A stretch of 64,000 nt of DNA from a virus. Under the pieces are notes generated by a model, which saw only the letters and a program-made list of their open reading frames with translations, did no database searches and had not been told where the DNA came from. The stretch covers positions 1-64,000 of the IMG/VR virus record IMGVR_UViG_3300045738_002037; one strand, 5' to 3'. This document shows positions 16,109-26,499 of this stretch, in pieces. A program made the translations under genes and the position numbers. Every line of letters begins with the position of its first letter. Within the stretch, counting starts at the first letter, position 1.

Positions 16109-17636
16109 TCTTAAAAACTATGGTGGATTTATAACCCGCATCCACCATTGTTTTTAGTCTTGCTTTTGAATGTCTATAAAGATATTTATTACAACGAAAA
16201 TAAAAATCATAAACCTTACTTCTGCCGCGTTTGTTGTGGCGTAAAGCTCGGCCCACTTTTTGCATGAAATCAGAACGTAATTTACCGCCAGTAGCAATTA
16301 TTAAATTTTCGCATCCACCATCTAAGTCAAGCCCACGGTTAATAATTTTGCCACCAATAAGCACATTAAACTCGCGGCGTTCAAAAGCACGCAACACTTC
16401 ATCACGACGACGTTTTGGCGTTTTACCATAAATGAAATGAGATTCAATTCCAATTTCATTTAGCACATTAACCAAAGCAAGGCCAAGCACCTCTCTATCT
16501 ACCAAAATTAATGTTCCATCGTCACTATGAAATTCGCATAATTTTGCGATAAGATTGTGAAATTTATTGTTATTAATCATCCATTCGTCATATGCAATGT
16601 CAAAGGCTGTGTGATCACGGATATCACCGTCAACACCGAAAGCCATCATAATATACTCAGTGGGAATAATTCTGCCAATTTTTTCTAGATTCCTTCTAGA
16701 TTCCTTCATTATAACAGAACCCAGGTGCTCCTGCATCACCATTCCTTCTACAGGCTTATCAAGATCAAATGGTGTGCCAGAAAAACCATAACGACGCCGC
16801 CCGTTAAACCAATGCCTAAATAGTTGTTTATAAGGACCAGATGTTGCTTTGTCACATTCATCGATTAAAATCATATGTGCGTCTTTCACATATTGCTGCA
16901 ATTCTCTTGCATTTTTCCGCCGTGTTTTGTACCCCTGCATTGACGATTCAAACCGGTCTAACCGTCGTCTCCATGCTTTATCAGATTCATTTTCCTTTCT
17001 TGTAGGCGGCACGGGAGGGGTTTTAGGCGGGGTCAGGGACTGTATAGACCCAACTACTATTGTCTCGCCATTTGGCCTTTGCCCAGCATAAAACAAACCT
17101 ATCTTGTCAGATATATTTCGAAGTTCAAGTCTCTCTTTAAGCTGATCTATAACGATTTTTTGGTCAGCGACTATAACTGTCGGACAATCTATCGCTTTGC
17201 ATATCCCAGCTATTATTTCTCCTTTTCCACCACCAGTTGGAACATCTACAATTCCACATTCAATCTTACATGCGACTTGTATAGACTTAACTTGATGATC
17301 ATCTAGTGTTATATTAGGAAGAAAACCAGAATCTATCTGTTCTGGTTTTAACGGTTTATATTCAACAGACACACGATCATCAACCACCTCCAGCGGCAAT
17401 TCGTGCTTATTACACACGCCACGCAACATGCTCAAAAATGGCCGGGCCATGCGTTGCTTGGCTCGATTATACTTACGGAATACGCCATCCCATATGCCAA
17501 GCTGTGATGGGTCAATATAATCTCTCCCCGGAGAAACTACACTAAATTCTTTCCACAGAATATTCTCTTCATAATCAGTGATATTATCAAAATATATCCA
17601 CTTATTATCTTTTATAATGGCTCTCATGCCATTCAA
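16035..17636 (-). CDS. uvsW: UvsW-like SF2 DNA helicase
   Basis: LDDHQ, PTGGGKG (Walker A), LIDECD, GFSGTP, RGLD, QKVGRALR. Confidence 0.88.
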   Translation of the reverse strand: MNGMRAIIKDNKWIYFDNITDYEENILWKEFSVVSPGRDYIDPSQLGIWDGVFRKYNRAKQRMARPFLSMLRGVCNKHELPLEVVDDRVSVEYKPLKPEQIDSGFLPNITLDDHQVKSIQVACKIECGIVDVPTGGGKGEIIAGICKAIDCPTVIVADQKIVIDQLKERLELRNISDKIGLFYAGQRPNGETIVVGSIQSLTPPKTPPVPPTRKENESDKAWRRRLDRFESSMQGYKTRRKNARELQQYVKDAHMILIDECDKATSGPYKQLFRHWFNGRRRYGFSGTPFDLDKPVEGMVMQEHLGSVIMKESRRNLEKIGRIIPTEYIMMAFGVDGDIRDHTAFDIAYDEWMINNNKFHNLIAKLCEFHSDDGTLILVDREVLGLALVNVLNEIGIESHFIYGKTPKRRRDEVLRAFERREFNVLIGGKIINRGLDLDGGCENLIIATGGKLRSDFMQKVGRALRHNKRGRSKVYDFYFRCNKYLYRHSKARLKTMVDAGYKSTIVFKNGSVDGPKLIKSRFRIPKKVTGSN

Positions 17637-17651
17637 ATACAGCGCAAGTTA

Positions 17652-19814
17652 TCAAATTTCACATTTATCGCCGTCACAGAACTTACTGCCGACAGCTTCC
17701 TCAATATAAGGCGTAAAATCCACAGGCTTAACCTTTGAATTATATTCAATAACTTCTTCAACTGTGCATGGTTCATATGGTGGCTGCACATAACCATGAT
17801 TATTATGAGGCAAAAAACTAATGCCCTTTAATTGGTCTTCATATGTAGTCAATATTCTAGAAATGTCATTCGCTTCATCATCTTTAAATTTAACAGTACA
17901 TGATACTTGATTGTCGGCCCAATATCTCTGATAATCAACAACATTGGCAATTTGTTCCCAAATGCTAACATCTTCCACCGGCCTTACACTTTCGTCAGTA
18001 ATAGCAAATTTAAACACTGTAGTTCTATCCGGATCAGACATAGCTGGTTCGTGTTCATATCCCGCATCTGCCAAAATTTTAACTAATATACTGTCGCTAG
18101 ACACTCTGATTCTACGCCAATAAGTGCTGGCTTCTGGATGATGAATTCCGGGAGTTGCACCTGCTAACAACGACACAGTGCCACTTGGTTTAACCGATGT
18201 TTTCTTAATAGAATTCTGAACACAAAGCCATTCTGAATAAACATCGTCCCACCTATCAACTTCATTATAACCAGCATCACAAAAATCCCGCAAAACAGCG
18301 CGCCTACCAAATTTTGCAAATGCTTGAACAATACCACTTTGCGACAATCCGATTCTACGATTACGCAACATAACTTGGTTAGTTCTTGGATTATGGGTCG
18401 GCAACAAAGTGACAGTCTTAGCATATAAATATGCAAACTTCAATGTGCGTATGTAATCAGCAGCATTGTCGTGATTAGCCGGAAATGTTTCTACTAAACA
18501 ACACAATTCATATGATTCCAAGCTTTGTTCCAAACATGGATTGCCGCCCATAACACGGCCATCAATGCCGGGTTTGCAGCCGTCTAACATGCGGCCATAA
18601 TCACGCATGTTATCTAACCACGCTAAGCCAGGCTCACCATTTACAGCAATTTGTTTCCCAATATCGTCATAATCCATACCAACATGGGCAAATATCGAAT
18701 TATTAGAAGCCCAACGATGATTATTTAGTGCATTCCACGTTTTTATTGCAGGAAGTAATCTTTCTTCCGGTATATCACAATTTTTAAAATCATCAATAAC
18801 GGCGCTGCACTTATTAATAGAATATAACTTATCGGTCACTTCATGAAATTTTTCAATGTCATCACAGTCCAATGTTGCCGTTACATTTTTCATGCCATAA
18901 TATTCAACATCATCATATTCGCCAAACGCAATTTCTGCAGTCCTACGAACATTGCCAGCGACCACGCATCTGCCAATATAATTCATAATATCAACAATAT
19001 CAACGCTACTTAAAACCTGATTAATCCTATTGTCTAATAACGCGCGAGTTAAATCATGTAGCTCTTCTAAAATTGCCGGACCTGATGCTGTTCCGCCAAA
19101 TCCATGAATAATTGAACCCGCCGGTCTAACCGCAGAATAATCAAAATCAACCCATCCCTCATCAGATTTTAAAGTATATGATTCAATCAACGCTTTTAAA
19201 GATTGACCCCATCCTTCACGAGTATCATCTACCAAATGCGTTGTTTTGTTTTCCGATGGTTGTGATATCTTTAATTTTCCAGCACCTTTGGTGTCAAACC
19301 CAACACCGACGCCAAGCATGGCCATGTCCATCATAAAATTGAATGGTTCCGCTGGGTCAGTTTCAATATCATTGGTAGAAACAAATCCACAATTATTTAA
19401 AGCAGCACTGCCGCGTTCCCACATAAATTCAGTGCCCATCATCCAAAGCCCCCTGCCAGGCGGCAAGAACTTCATATCCCACATTCTTTGAAACATTTCT
19501 TGAGCGGATTTTTGCGCTTTTACATAATCCCACGGAATGTGGATGCGCTTACAATGCCTACGTTGAATTTCATAGCATCCTTCTACAACTCTCACCAGCG
19601 TGTCTAAAAAAGACTCTTTAAACCCATTTTCTTTAATTCGCGAATAAGTTCGATAAAACGTAAACTCTCCCAACCCATTAAAACCAAAATTGGGTCGTTT
19701 ACTTTCATATATCTTAATAAATTTCGGCTCTAATTTAAAATGATCACCTTGGTCGCTAGACGCAAAAAATTGTAATTCCACAATATTCTTTTTCTTATCA
19801 ATTGTTACTGACAC
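17652..19814 (-). CDS. nrdJ: Adenosylcobalamin-dependent (class II) ribonucleotide reductase
   Basis: RTYSR, PPGRGLW, ALNNC, GNPCLEQ, NRRIG, KPSGTVS, WADNQVSCT, C-terminal CDGDKC. Confidence 0.94.
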   Translation of the reverse strand: MSVTIDKKKNIVELQFFASSDQGDHFKLEPKFIKIYESKRPNFGFNGLGEFTFYRTYSRIKENGFKESFLDTLVRVVEGCYEIQRRHCKRIHIPWDYVKAQKSAQEMFQRMWDMKFLPPGRGLWMMGTEFMWERGSAALNNCGFVSTNDIETDPAEPFNFMMDMAMLGVGVGFDTKGAGKLKISQPSENKTTHLVDDTREGWGQSLKALIESYTLKSDEGWVDFDYSAVRPAGSIIHGFGGTASGPAILEELHDLTRALLDNRINQVLSSVDIVDIMNYIGRCVVAGNVRRTAEIAFGEYDDVEYYGMKNVTATLDCDDIEKFHEVTDKLYSINKCSAVIDDFKNCDIPEERLLPAIKTWNALNNHRWASNNSIFAHVGMDYDDIGKQIAVNGEPGLAWLDNMRDYGRMLDGCKPGIDGRVMGGNPCLEQSLESYELCCLVETFPANHDNAADYIRTLKFAYLYAKTVTLLPTHNPRTNQVMLRNRRIGLSQSGIVQAFAKFGRRAVLRDFCDAGYNEVDRWDDVYSEWLCVQNSIKKTSVKPSGTVSLLAGATPGIHHPEASTYWRRIRVSSDSILVKILADAGYEHEPAMSDPDRTTVFKFAITDESVRPVEDVSIWEQIANVVDYQRYWADNQVSCTVKFKDDEANDISRILTTYEDQLKGISFLPHNNHGYVQPPYEPCTVEEVIEYNSKVKPVDFTPYIEEAVGSKFCDGDKCEI

Positions 19815-20467
19815 GATACTTTACAGTCCCTTCCTAAAATTTCCTTAGATCGTTTCTGGTTAGAAACGTCCTGATAAAAATTATCCCTAATCTTGTATAA
19901 TCTTGTTGCGCTAGGCAACAGTCTTCTCTCATCTGTATTTTCTAATTTTTTAATAGTCCGGCCACACGATTTTGACAATGACAAATATAATTCCGACAAT
20001 TTCGAAGCTTGATACCATTTAACTAAATTGCAAAAAGCATCAGGGTTTGATTTATCAAGCAATATTTCAATTGTGTCATTATTATTAACACGATCCATGA
20101 CCCATTTTTTAGAATCAAGCAAAGAATCGATTGATTGATCATTACTAGATGATTCTTCCTGTAGTATTTTATAACATATGTCAAGCAGATTACCCTGATG
20201 TAACGCCGCGAGACCTTTATGCATAATACCCAACATTTTAGATCGTTCAATAGCTATATTAATAAATCTACGAGCTGTTGGTTCATCAAATTCCCATTCA
20301 TCAAATTTCTTGGAAATAGATTTAACATATCGCCATTGATAAGTCTTTATTGGATCAGTATTTACAGGAAAAGTCAATTTGCGCCCATAGCGTATATAAG
20401 CTTCAGAACACCATTCCCAAACTTTCCAAATAGTTTCAACTTCAACAATATCTGTCGATACATCCAT
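19805..20467 (-). CDS. Hypothetical protein
   Basis: Track ORF to 20575; ATG 20467 (MDVSTDIVE) avoids overlap with the divergent gene. Confidence 0.65.
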   Translation of the reverse strand: MDVSTDIVEVETIWKVWEWCSEAYIRYGRKLTFPVNTDPIKTYQWRYVKSISKKFDEWEFDEPTARRFINIAIERSKMLGIMHKGLAALHQGNLLDICYKILQEESSSNDQSIDSLLDSKKWVMDRVNNNDTIEILLDKSNPDAFCNLVKWYQASKLSELYLSLSKSCGRTIKKLENTDERRLLPSATRLYKIRDNFYQDVSNQKRSKEILGRDCKVSCQ

Positions 20468-20492
20468 AACATTACAAATACAAGGAGAAATC

Positions 20493-20795
20493 ATGGAAGA
20501 ACAATCTAAATTATACGGTGCAGATCCTAATGAAAATTCTTCCAATGACATAGAAGAAAAAAGTACACAAAGCATTTTTGACGAACGATTCCAACTTTTT
20601 ATGAATCAATTTGGCGAAATTTGCGAAAATGAGGACGTGCCCATTGCAGTGGCAATTGTGATTGATCCTAAAATAGAGAACCAGCCCCTCATTTTTACCA
20701 GAGGAGGAACATATGAAACAGCATCGCTGACAGCCCATGTTTTGCGCAATATGAAGCAAATGATAAACAGCGAATTAAACACAGACATGCAATAA
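20493..20795 (+). CDS. Hypothetical protein, 100 aa
   Basis: AAGGAG SD, with CAAATACA motif just upstream. Confidence 0.7.
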   Translation: MEEQSKLYGADPNENSSNDIEEKSTQSIFDERFQLFMNQFGEICENEDVPIAVAIVIDPKIENQPLIFTRGGTYETASLTAHVLRNMKQMINSELNTDMQ

Positions 20796-20808
20796 ACAAA
20801 CTATAATA

Positions 20809-21189
20809 TCAACTAGCGACTAAATCTGTTGAAATAAACAAAGAATCTACTTTATTCTTAACATGAAAATCGTCAAGATTATTATAACAATCTGATAAAA
20901 CGCCATGCAATTGGCTATGTCTGTCTAAATTTAAACAATAAATCGTCACATGCAAATTATTGAACTGAACTGGTATCACCATGCCGCCCCATTTTCTCTT
21001 AAGTTCTTCCATAAATTTGTCACATACAAATTCAGTGATCGACGATGAATCTCCAATATATGTTCTAATAGATCCTTCAACAGACGCCAATGCTTTATCT
21101 GAATCGGTATAGCAATATGCCTTGTTCAAATCATTGTCATAAACAATAATCCAAATCGGTATTACTTTATCATAAAATTTAGTGGTCAA
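20809..21189 (-). CDS. Hypothetical protein
   Basis: 126-aa ORF overlapping the gp6 stop by 4 nt. Confidence 0.55.
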   Translation of the reverse strand: MTTKFYDKVIPIWIIVYDNDLNKAYCYTDSDKALASVEGSIRTYIGDSSSITEFVCDKFMEELKRKWGGMVIPVQFNNLHVTIYCLNLDRHSQLHGVLSDCYNNLDDFHVKNKVDSLFISTDLVAS

Positions 21190-22781
21190 AATTGATCTTT
21201 CTGATAGAAATAATTCATAGTTCTTTGGCCTTCTATTATTAATTCATTGGGCGATATTTTATCGTCGCCAGTAACATCGGAAATATTTTCTGTAGTTAAT
21301 ATATTGTCAATTGGAGAAAACAAATCAATATAAGCAACACCATCAACATTATTAACCGCATCGATTAAATTGGACACATAAAGCGCTTGGCCCATGTCCC
21401 ATGATTCTGGGTCAAAAAACTTATCTATAGCTGACTCTACTCTTTCTTTAACTACAGCCGCATCCGCATTTCTATCAATCACAACAGTCATATCTATATC
21501 TACAGGATGCAAAATACCATCGAATATTTCAACATAATCTGTAAGAACATTCAAATTTTCATAAAATGTTTTAAGACCGGATTTTAAACCTGCACTTGGT
21601 AATACCGGTTTAAAATCTAAATCTTCCGCTAGAACATATATTTCTACTTTGTTTGCATTCAATGAAGTCTTAATTGCCGCAATTGCTTTGCTAACTGACC
21701 CAAAAGCTGGATGTGCAAACGAACTAGCCACCTGCGCATAATCTTGTGCAGTTATAATAGAATTATGTAACGCAAAATCTCTAGGTGCTCTTTTTTTAGC
21801 GTCATTTAGTGATTCTTTATCGGTGCCGCCACTGGAAGATGCTACGTTTCTAAATCTCACAGTTACCGCAGCGTCATATGGCGGCAATGGTGCCATGGCT
21901 CTTGTTTCATCTATTTGCCCAACGCCTATTCTGCCTCTAACACCGCCGCCGGTCCTATATTTAATATCAACAGTCTGGCCCGCTATTGGAGCGGCACCCG
22001 TAATGTCATCGCCAAATCTAAATATTGCAACATTTTCAATAAAACTAATTTCGACTACTTTATCATTTGGCCCAAATCTTTCAATAGGATCAAATAAAAC
22101 ATTCCACTCTTCCTCGCTAGACCCAGTTTTTACAGTTACAAATATCGGGCTACTCAAAAAATTTTCTTTTTCTACAACTATTTCTTGATTTGGCCCGCCA
22201 GCACTTGTATGCGACACAACAGTTTCAAATGATCCTTCTACACCATGAGCTATTACACCTCTTTTACCAGCAGGTATAACAATAGAACTTATAAAATCAC
22301 CGGGCGCACGGAACACTTCATAAGTTAATGATTTACCGTCTGGCCCAGTTAATGAGAATGTCGTTCCAGCTGCTATTTCAACATCACTAAGAACTTCTTG
22401 CCCCACACTGACTTCAATATCAACCACCGCAGGAGTTTGTCGTTTTAATTTCTGATTTATCAATGCTAAGTGATTAATTATTGCTTCTTCAGTTTTAGCA
22501 GTAGTAAGAAACGCTTCATTGGCCAGCATGTCAGAACGTAGGGATAATTTTCCGGTAATAGCTGATAAAATTTCCATTATCATTATAATGCCGTTACTGG
22601 CAACGAAATCATTAAACTCAGTTGGAAAATAAGTTTTAATATATTCTAATATTGCCCTACGCGCAGTTGTGTATTCTAGCCCACTAAAATCCAATCTTCT
22701 CAAATTAGCGGGAGGCAACAATACACCGAATTCATCCGGTTCTGTAGGTAGGTCAAACAATGTTTCTCTTTGATCAGCCAT
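21186..22781 (-). CDS. gp6: Baseplate wedge subunit (gp6-like)
   Basis: LDFSGLEY, FNDF..S..GI, NEAFLTTA, FGDDITG..P, GG.DKES, TAQDY. Confidence 0.9.
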   Translation of the reverse strand: MADQRETLFDLPTEPDEFGVLLPPANLRRLDFSGLEYTTARRAILEYIKTYFPTEFNDFVASNGIIMIMEILSAITGKLSLRSDMLANEAFLTTAKTEEAIINHLALINQKLKRQTPAVVDIEVSVGQEVLSDVEIAAGTTFSLTGPDGKSLTYEVFRAPGDFISSIVIPAGKRGVIAHGVEGSFETVVSHTSAGGPNQEIVVEKENFLSSPIFVTVKTGSSEEEWNVLFDPIERFGPNDKVVEISFIENVAIFRFGDDITGAAPIAGQTVDIKYRTGGGVRGRIGVGQIDETRAMAPLPPYDAAVTVRFRNVASSSGGTDKESLNDAKKRAPRDFALHNSIITAQDYAQVASSFAHPAFGSVSKAIAAIKTSLNANKVEIYVLAEDLDFKPVLPSAGLKSGLKTFYENLNVLTDYVEIFDGILHPVDIDMTVVIDRNADAAVVKERVESAIDKFFDPESWDMGQALYVSNLIDAVNNVDGVAYIDLFSPIDNILTTENISDVTGDDKISPNELIIEGQRTMNYFYQKDQF

Positions 22782-22783
22782 TG

Positions 22784-23161
22784 TTAATCACTCTCAGTTC
22801 CTATAAATGTTTCTATTGAAAATTTAGTATTTTCATCATCAGCCAAAGAGCACTCTATAATTATTTGTATTCTATTGTTATCACTTTCGTCTATAACTGA
22901 AACATCGTTCACACTTACTCTTGGTTCATGTGCGCTTACAGCCAATGCTATGCTTCTCTTTAAATCGTCAACAGCAAATTCGTCATGGGGATCAAATAAT
23001 TGCGTTTTTATAACAGTACCGAACGACGGCCTCATCACTCTTTGCCCAGGCACAGTTAATAACAATTGTAATATATCATTTTGAATAAGACGTACGTCTT
23101 CTTGTCTTTGCAATATTCCACCAGATATAAATGGTGGATTAAACCCAAAAAATTTTGCCAT
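22784..23161 (-). CDS. gp25: Baseplate wedge/sheath initiator (gp25-like)
   Basis: LLLTVPGQRVMRPSFG, HEPRV. Confidence 0.92.
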   Translation of the reverse strand: MAKFFGFNPPFISGGILQRQEDVRLIQNDILQLLLTVPGQRVMRPSFGTVIKTQLFDPHDEFAVDDLKRSIALAVSAHEPRVSVNDVSVIDESDNNRIQIIIECSLADDENTKFSIETFIGTESD

Positions 23162-23892
23162 TATCTCATCACCAATGATATTTTACGTAGTTCATCAGAA
23201 ATCAACTTAGCATCAGCTGCATATTTATTTGCGTTGTCTACAGCTAAATCTCTGTTAACAGTAACTTCAATTAATTTACTATTTAATTGCGTTATTAGTT
23301 CATTTATCTCACTGTCATATTCATCCGATTGATCAACAATAACTTTCAACGCACCCATAGTTCGATTTGTTTCGTTGATTATTTTTTGATTATCACTAAT
23401 TGATATTTCAGAATTGGCCCTCAGTTCTTTAAGATCATTCAATTTTTCACTCAATTTTTTATGAATAACAAATGAAGCTTTGTCAACAGTTAAGCGGTCA
23501 GTCACATTTATCCCTAATTTATCATAATCAATGACTGTTACATCATGCTTAAATTCTGTTTTATCATTAACTAACATCGGCTCTACAGTACGAATATTAA
23601 CATTGCCAAATTCTAATACTTGCCCTATTTCAAATTGTCTAATGTTATTTCTAATAATAGTCGCAGATGCTTTAGATGTTGTAAACGCTAATTTACCGAC
23701 TGATTTTCTCGGTGTAGTAGTAATAGTTTTTAAAGATTTCTGCCTAATGGCCATACCTTTTGGAATTCTAGGATATAATTCAGATATTCTAGGGGGATCT
23801 GCCATGCTTATAGTATAAGTAATATTCCCGCTGTCACTTGGAACAATGGGAATAATACTTTTGTATAACCCTGTTGGCGAATTAATAATCAT
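23161..23892 (-). CDS. Hypothetical protein with C-terminal coiled coil
   Basis: 243-aa ORF within the baseplate operon. Confidence 0.7.
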   Translation of the reverse strand: MIINSPTGLYKSIIPIVPSDSGNITYTISMADPPRISELYPRIPKGMAIRQKSLKTITTTPRKSVGKLAFTTSKASATIIRNNIRQFEIGQVLEFGNVNIRTVEPMLVNDKTEFKHDVTVIDYDKLGINVTDRLTVDKASFVIHKKLSEKLNDLKELRANSEISISDNQKIINETNRTMGALKVIVDQSDEYDSEINELITQLNSKLIEVTVNRDLAVDNANKYAADAKLISDELRKISLVMR

Positions 23893-23894
23893 TA

Positions 23895-26174
23895 TTAACT
23901 TTCAAGTTTATGTTCTACTTCTTTTTTAGGGCATTCTTTAAATGGTTCATTATAAACAGCAGCCCTATCTGTAGGTTCGACTTGAGGTACCTGCGGCTTT
24001 AATAACGGAGATGCTGGCTGCGGTGGAATAGGTGTTCCGGGGCTTCCCCTTTGAATACCAGCGCCTGGGCCTGGAAAACACAAAGGAAAGAATGCGTCGA
24101 CAACTTTAGCATTAATGCGCGTGCCAAATTCAGCAGTTGTCGCCATTACCCCAAATATGCCGCCTGCTTGATTATTAATCGGCCCGCCGCTAATAGTGTC
24201 TATTCCAGCTACTGATAAATTACGAATATGGCCTTCAGAAAACACGCCGTATTCTGCAACACATTGCATGTTGATACTATTGCCAGCTTTCATTGTTATA
24301 TTATTAGCAGCATCAAAGTGAATATTAGAATCAGATTTAATTTCTATATCACCACGCGAATATATTTTGATTTTCCCGTCGCCATTATACAAGACTATTT
24401 CTTTACGCGTATCATGAAACCATTCATACATATTGTTTCCTTCTTTACCACGCCATACGCCAACTTTATATCGCTTACTCCACCACATACCGCGATGTTC
24501 ACTGTCAACTATTTCAGTCCAAGGACCATCACCCTTGGCACCATCGCGCATTTCCACACCCTGATTAAGATCGCCAGCTTGCGACGGATTAGCAGGACGC
24601 TTAGGTTTAGGGCCATTCTTAGCCCTAGTCTTTAATCGAATATACTCATTGTCATGGTCAATTTTAAGATGATGTGATTTACGCTCTGGATCTTTCATCA
24701 TCGTAGGTTTACGAATAAATTCGTTTTCTTTTACACCTCTCCATTTTGGCGACCATCCTTTTCCCATACTAGCCGAAAGCATTACATACTGATACCTATC
24801 ATTCATCTCCATTGTAAGGCCCATGGGCGTGCCCCACATGGTATGATTAGCCTCATTATTTTCATTAAATTCCCAATAAAACCCTCTAGGATTTCCTTTA
24901 GCATTATCGGCTTTTACCCCTGGACTCCGGCGGCCTTTTATAAGAATACCATTAGCTCTTGGGGATTCTTTTTTATCAGCCTTTTTATTATGCGACCCAC
25001 GATCGTCAAGGACGATTTTTAAACCATAGCGAGTTAATATTCTGATCCAACGAGCATCTTTATCTTTCCAATGCTTATCTTCACGTTCACTTTTATGACC
25101 CGCTTCATCCAACAAACTTCGCTTCACAAATTTGTCATCGTTCGGATGTGAACCTTTATCATAAAGTTGTATAAGCATTCCTGCTTTTGTTCTAAGTTTA
25201 ATCCACCTAAAATCATGCTCGCCAGACCCAATAGTTTTAGGCTCGCCATACTCGTCTTGCCTTGTTTTTGACGCTACTGGTTTTTCTTGTGCCCATCCAA
25301 CATCTCTACATTCTATTCGATGGCCATAACGCGTTTTAATTTCAGCACGTCGCTGATCGCCAAATTCTTTACTCGAATCCGGCTGACCTTCATTTAGTAA
25401 TTTCTGAAGATGCAGCCATCGTTTAGTTTCAAATTTCTCATCTTTATCAAAATCACCCTCAAACTCTCCCACATCACCTTCGCCAGATTTCCATTTGTAT
25501 CCTTGATCACCCAATATAATCATGTTTCCATATTTGGTAACACGAGCCATATATTTCTTGTCAGGATTATTAACTTCCGGCGAATCGCTCTTAGCTTCAA
25601 ATTCTTGCCCCTGAATAGCATCATGATCCGCTGGCGGAGGAGGTTCTTTATGCTCATTAGGAAAAAATCCTACTGACGAATGTATGTCTAAATTTCCATA
25701 TCTGTCTTGCCAACCATGAGACATCGGCCTGCCATCTTTAGGCAAGTAATCTTCATCATAATCTTCAGGTTTATCATCGGGTTCCCCATCTTCGGCTAAA
25801 CTTAATGGAGTAACGCTAAAAATAGACGGATACGAATAAAATTTTCGCCTTGTAGGGTCAGCAAATCCCACCCATATTGGGCCATACGGATGTTGTTTTT
25901 CAAATGTTATCCAGACCCAATCGCCTATACATGGATGCGACCATCTTCCATGTCTCTTTGTTCCAAGATCAAACGACGGAACTGCCCACGGACAATCTTC
26001 GTCTTTCAAATCCCAATCATGCATGTCAGGGCATTTAAATCTTACCCGATATACATTTAAAGGATCATTAGTTTCTATAACCAATGCCCTATAATATCCT
26101 GGAAATCTGTCCCAAAGCGTTCGGGTTCTATGTTTGAAAAATTTATTCCAAATAACCCCTATGTTGTCAGCCAT
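23895..26174 (-). CDS. Baseplate hub/central spike (gp5/VgrG-like OB-fold and beta-helix)
   Basis: YRALVIETNDP...RVRF.CP...WA.P...P.IGDWVWITFE...P.W.G OB-fold; repeated TRYGH-type beta strands; C-terminal beta-helix. Confidence 0.8.
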   Translation of the reverse strand: MADNIGVIWNKFFKHRTRTLWDRFPGYYRALVIETNDPLNVYRVRFKCPDMHDWDLKDEDCPWAVPSFDLGTKRHGRWSHPCIGDWVWITFEKQHPYGPIWVGFADPTRRKFYSYPSIFSVTPLSLAEDGEPDDKPEDYDEDYLPKDGRPMSHGWQDRYGNLDIHSSVGFFPNEHKEPPPPADHDAIQGQEFEAKSDSPEVNNPDKKYMARVTKYGNMIILGDQGYKWKSGEGDVGEFEGDFDKDEKFETKRWLHLQKLLNEGQPDSSKEFGDQRRAEIKTRYGHRIECRDVGWAQEKPVASKTRQDEYGEPKTIGSGEHDFRWIKLRTKAGMLIQLYDKGSHPNDDKFVKRSLLDEAGHKSEREDKHWKDKDARWIRILTRYGLKIVLDDRGSHNKKADKKESPRANGILIKGRRSPGVKADNAKGNPRGFYWEFNENNEANHTMWGTPMGLTMEMNDRYQYVMLSASMGKGWSPKWRGVKENEFIRKPTMMKDPERKSHHLKIDHDNEYIRLKTRAKNGPKPKRPANPSQAGDLNQGVEMRDGAKGDGPWTEIVDSEHRGMWWSKRYKVGVWRGKEGNNMYEWFHDTRKEIVLYNGDGKIKIYSRGDIEIKSDSNIHFDAANNITMKAGNSINMQCVAEYGVFSEGHIRNLSVAGIDTISGGPINNQAGGIFGVMATTAEFGTRINAKVVDAFFPLCFPGPGAGIQRGSPGTPIPPQPASPLLKPQVPQVEPTDRAAVYNEPFKECPKKEVEHKLES

Positions 26175-26175
26175 A

Positions 26176-26490
26176 TCACAGTAGCTCCGACATTACTATT
26201 GTATCAGTGGGATATTCTATAGTATCCCCTGCTTTTGGCCAATTTAACGCGACATGGGCATCATTAAAAGCAATAATAACCCAATCGAGAAACGTCGTAC
26301 CGTATACATTATATGAAATTAAATCAGGGCGACCTTCCGTTTTAGACGTAACTTTATATGTTCTAATATTTTTGGGATCTGGCTTTACCTTTAAAAATGT
26401 TGGTTGAGACCACACTCCCAAGGTTTCTTTACCATCAATTATCTGAATCGGCGTTTCTTGAAATCTAGAAAAATAATCATTACTTAGCAT
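26176..26490 (-). CDS. Baseplate wedge protein (gp53-like, LysM-like)
   Basis: EGRPDLISYNVYG...WVII.FN...P.AGD.I.YP. Confidence 0.8.
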   Translation of the reverse strand: MLSNDYFSRFQETPIQIIDGKETLGVWSQPTFLKVKPDPKNIRTYKVTSKTEGRPDLISYNVYGTTFLDWVIIAFNDAHVALNWPKAGDTIEYPTDTIVMSELL

Positions 26491-26499
26491 GCTATCACC

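Noticed and set aside
11977-19814. Inteins or introns in TerL, UvsW or NrdJ
   Set aside because: Insertions are short, lack C/S...HN splice motifs and homing endonuclease signatures, and the ORFs are uninterrupted.
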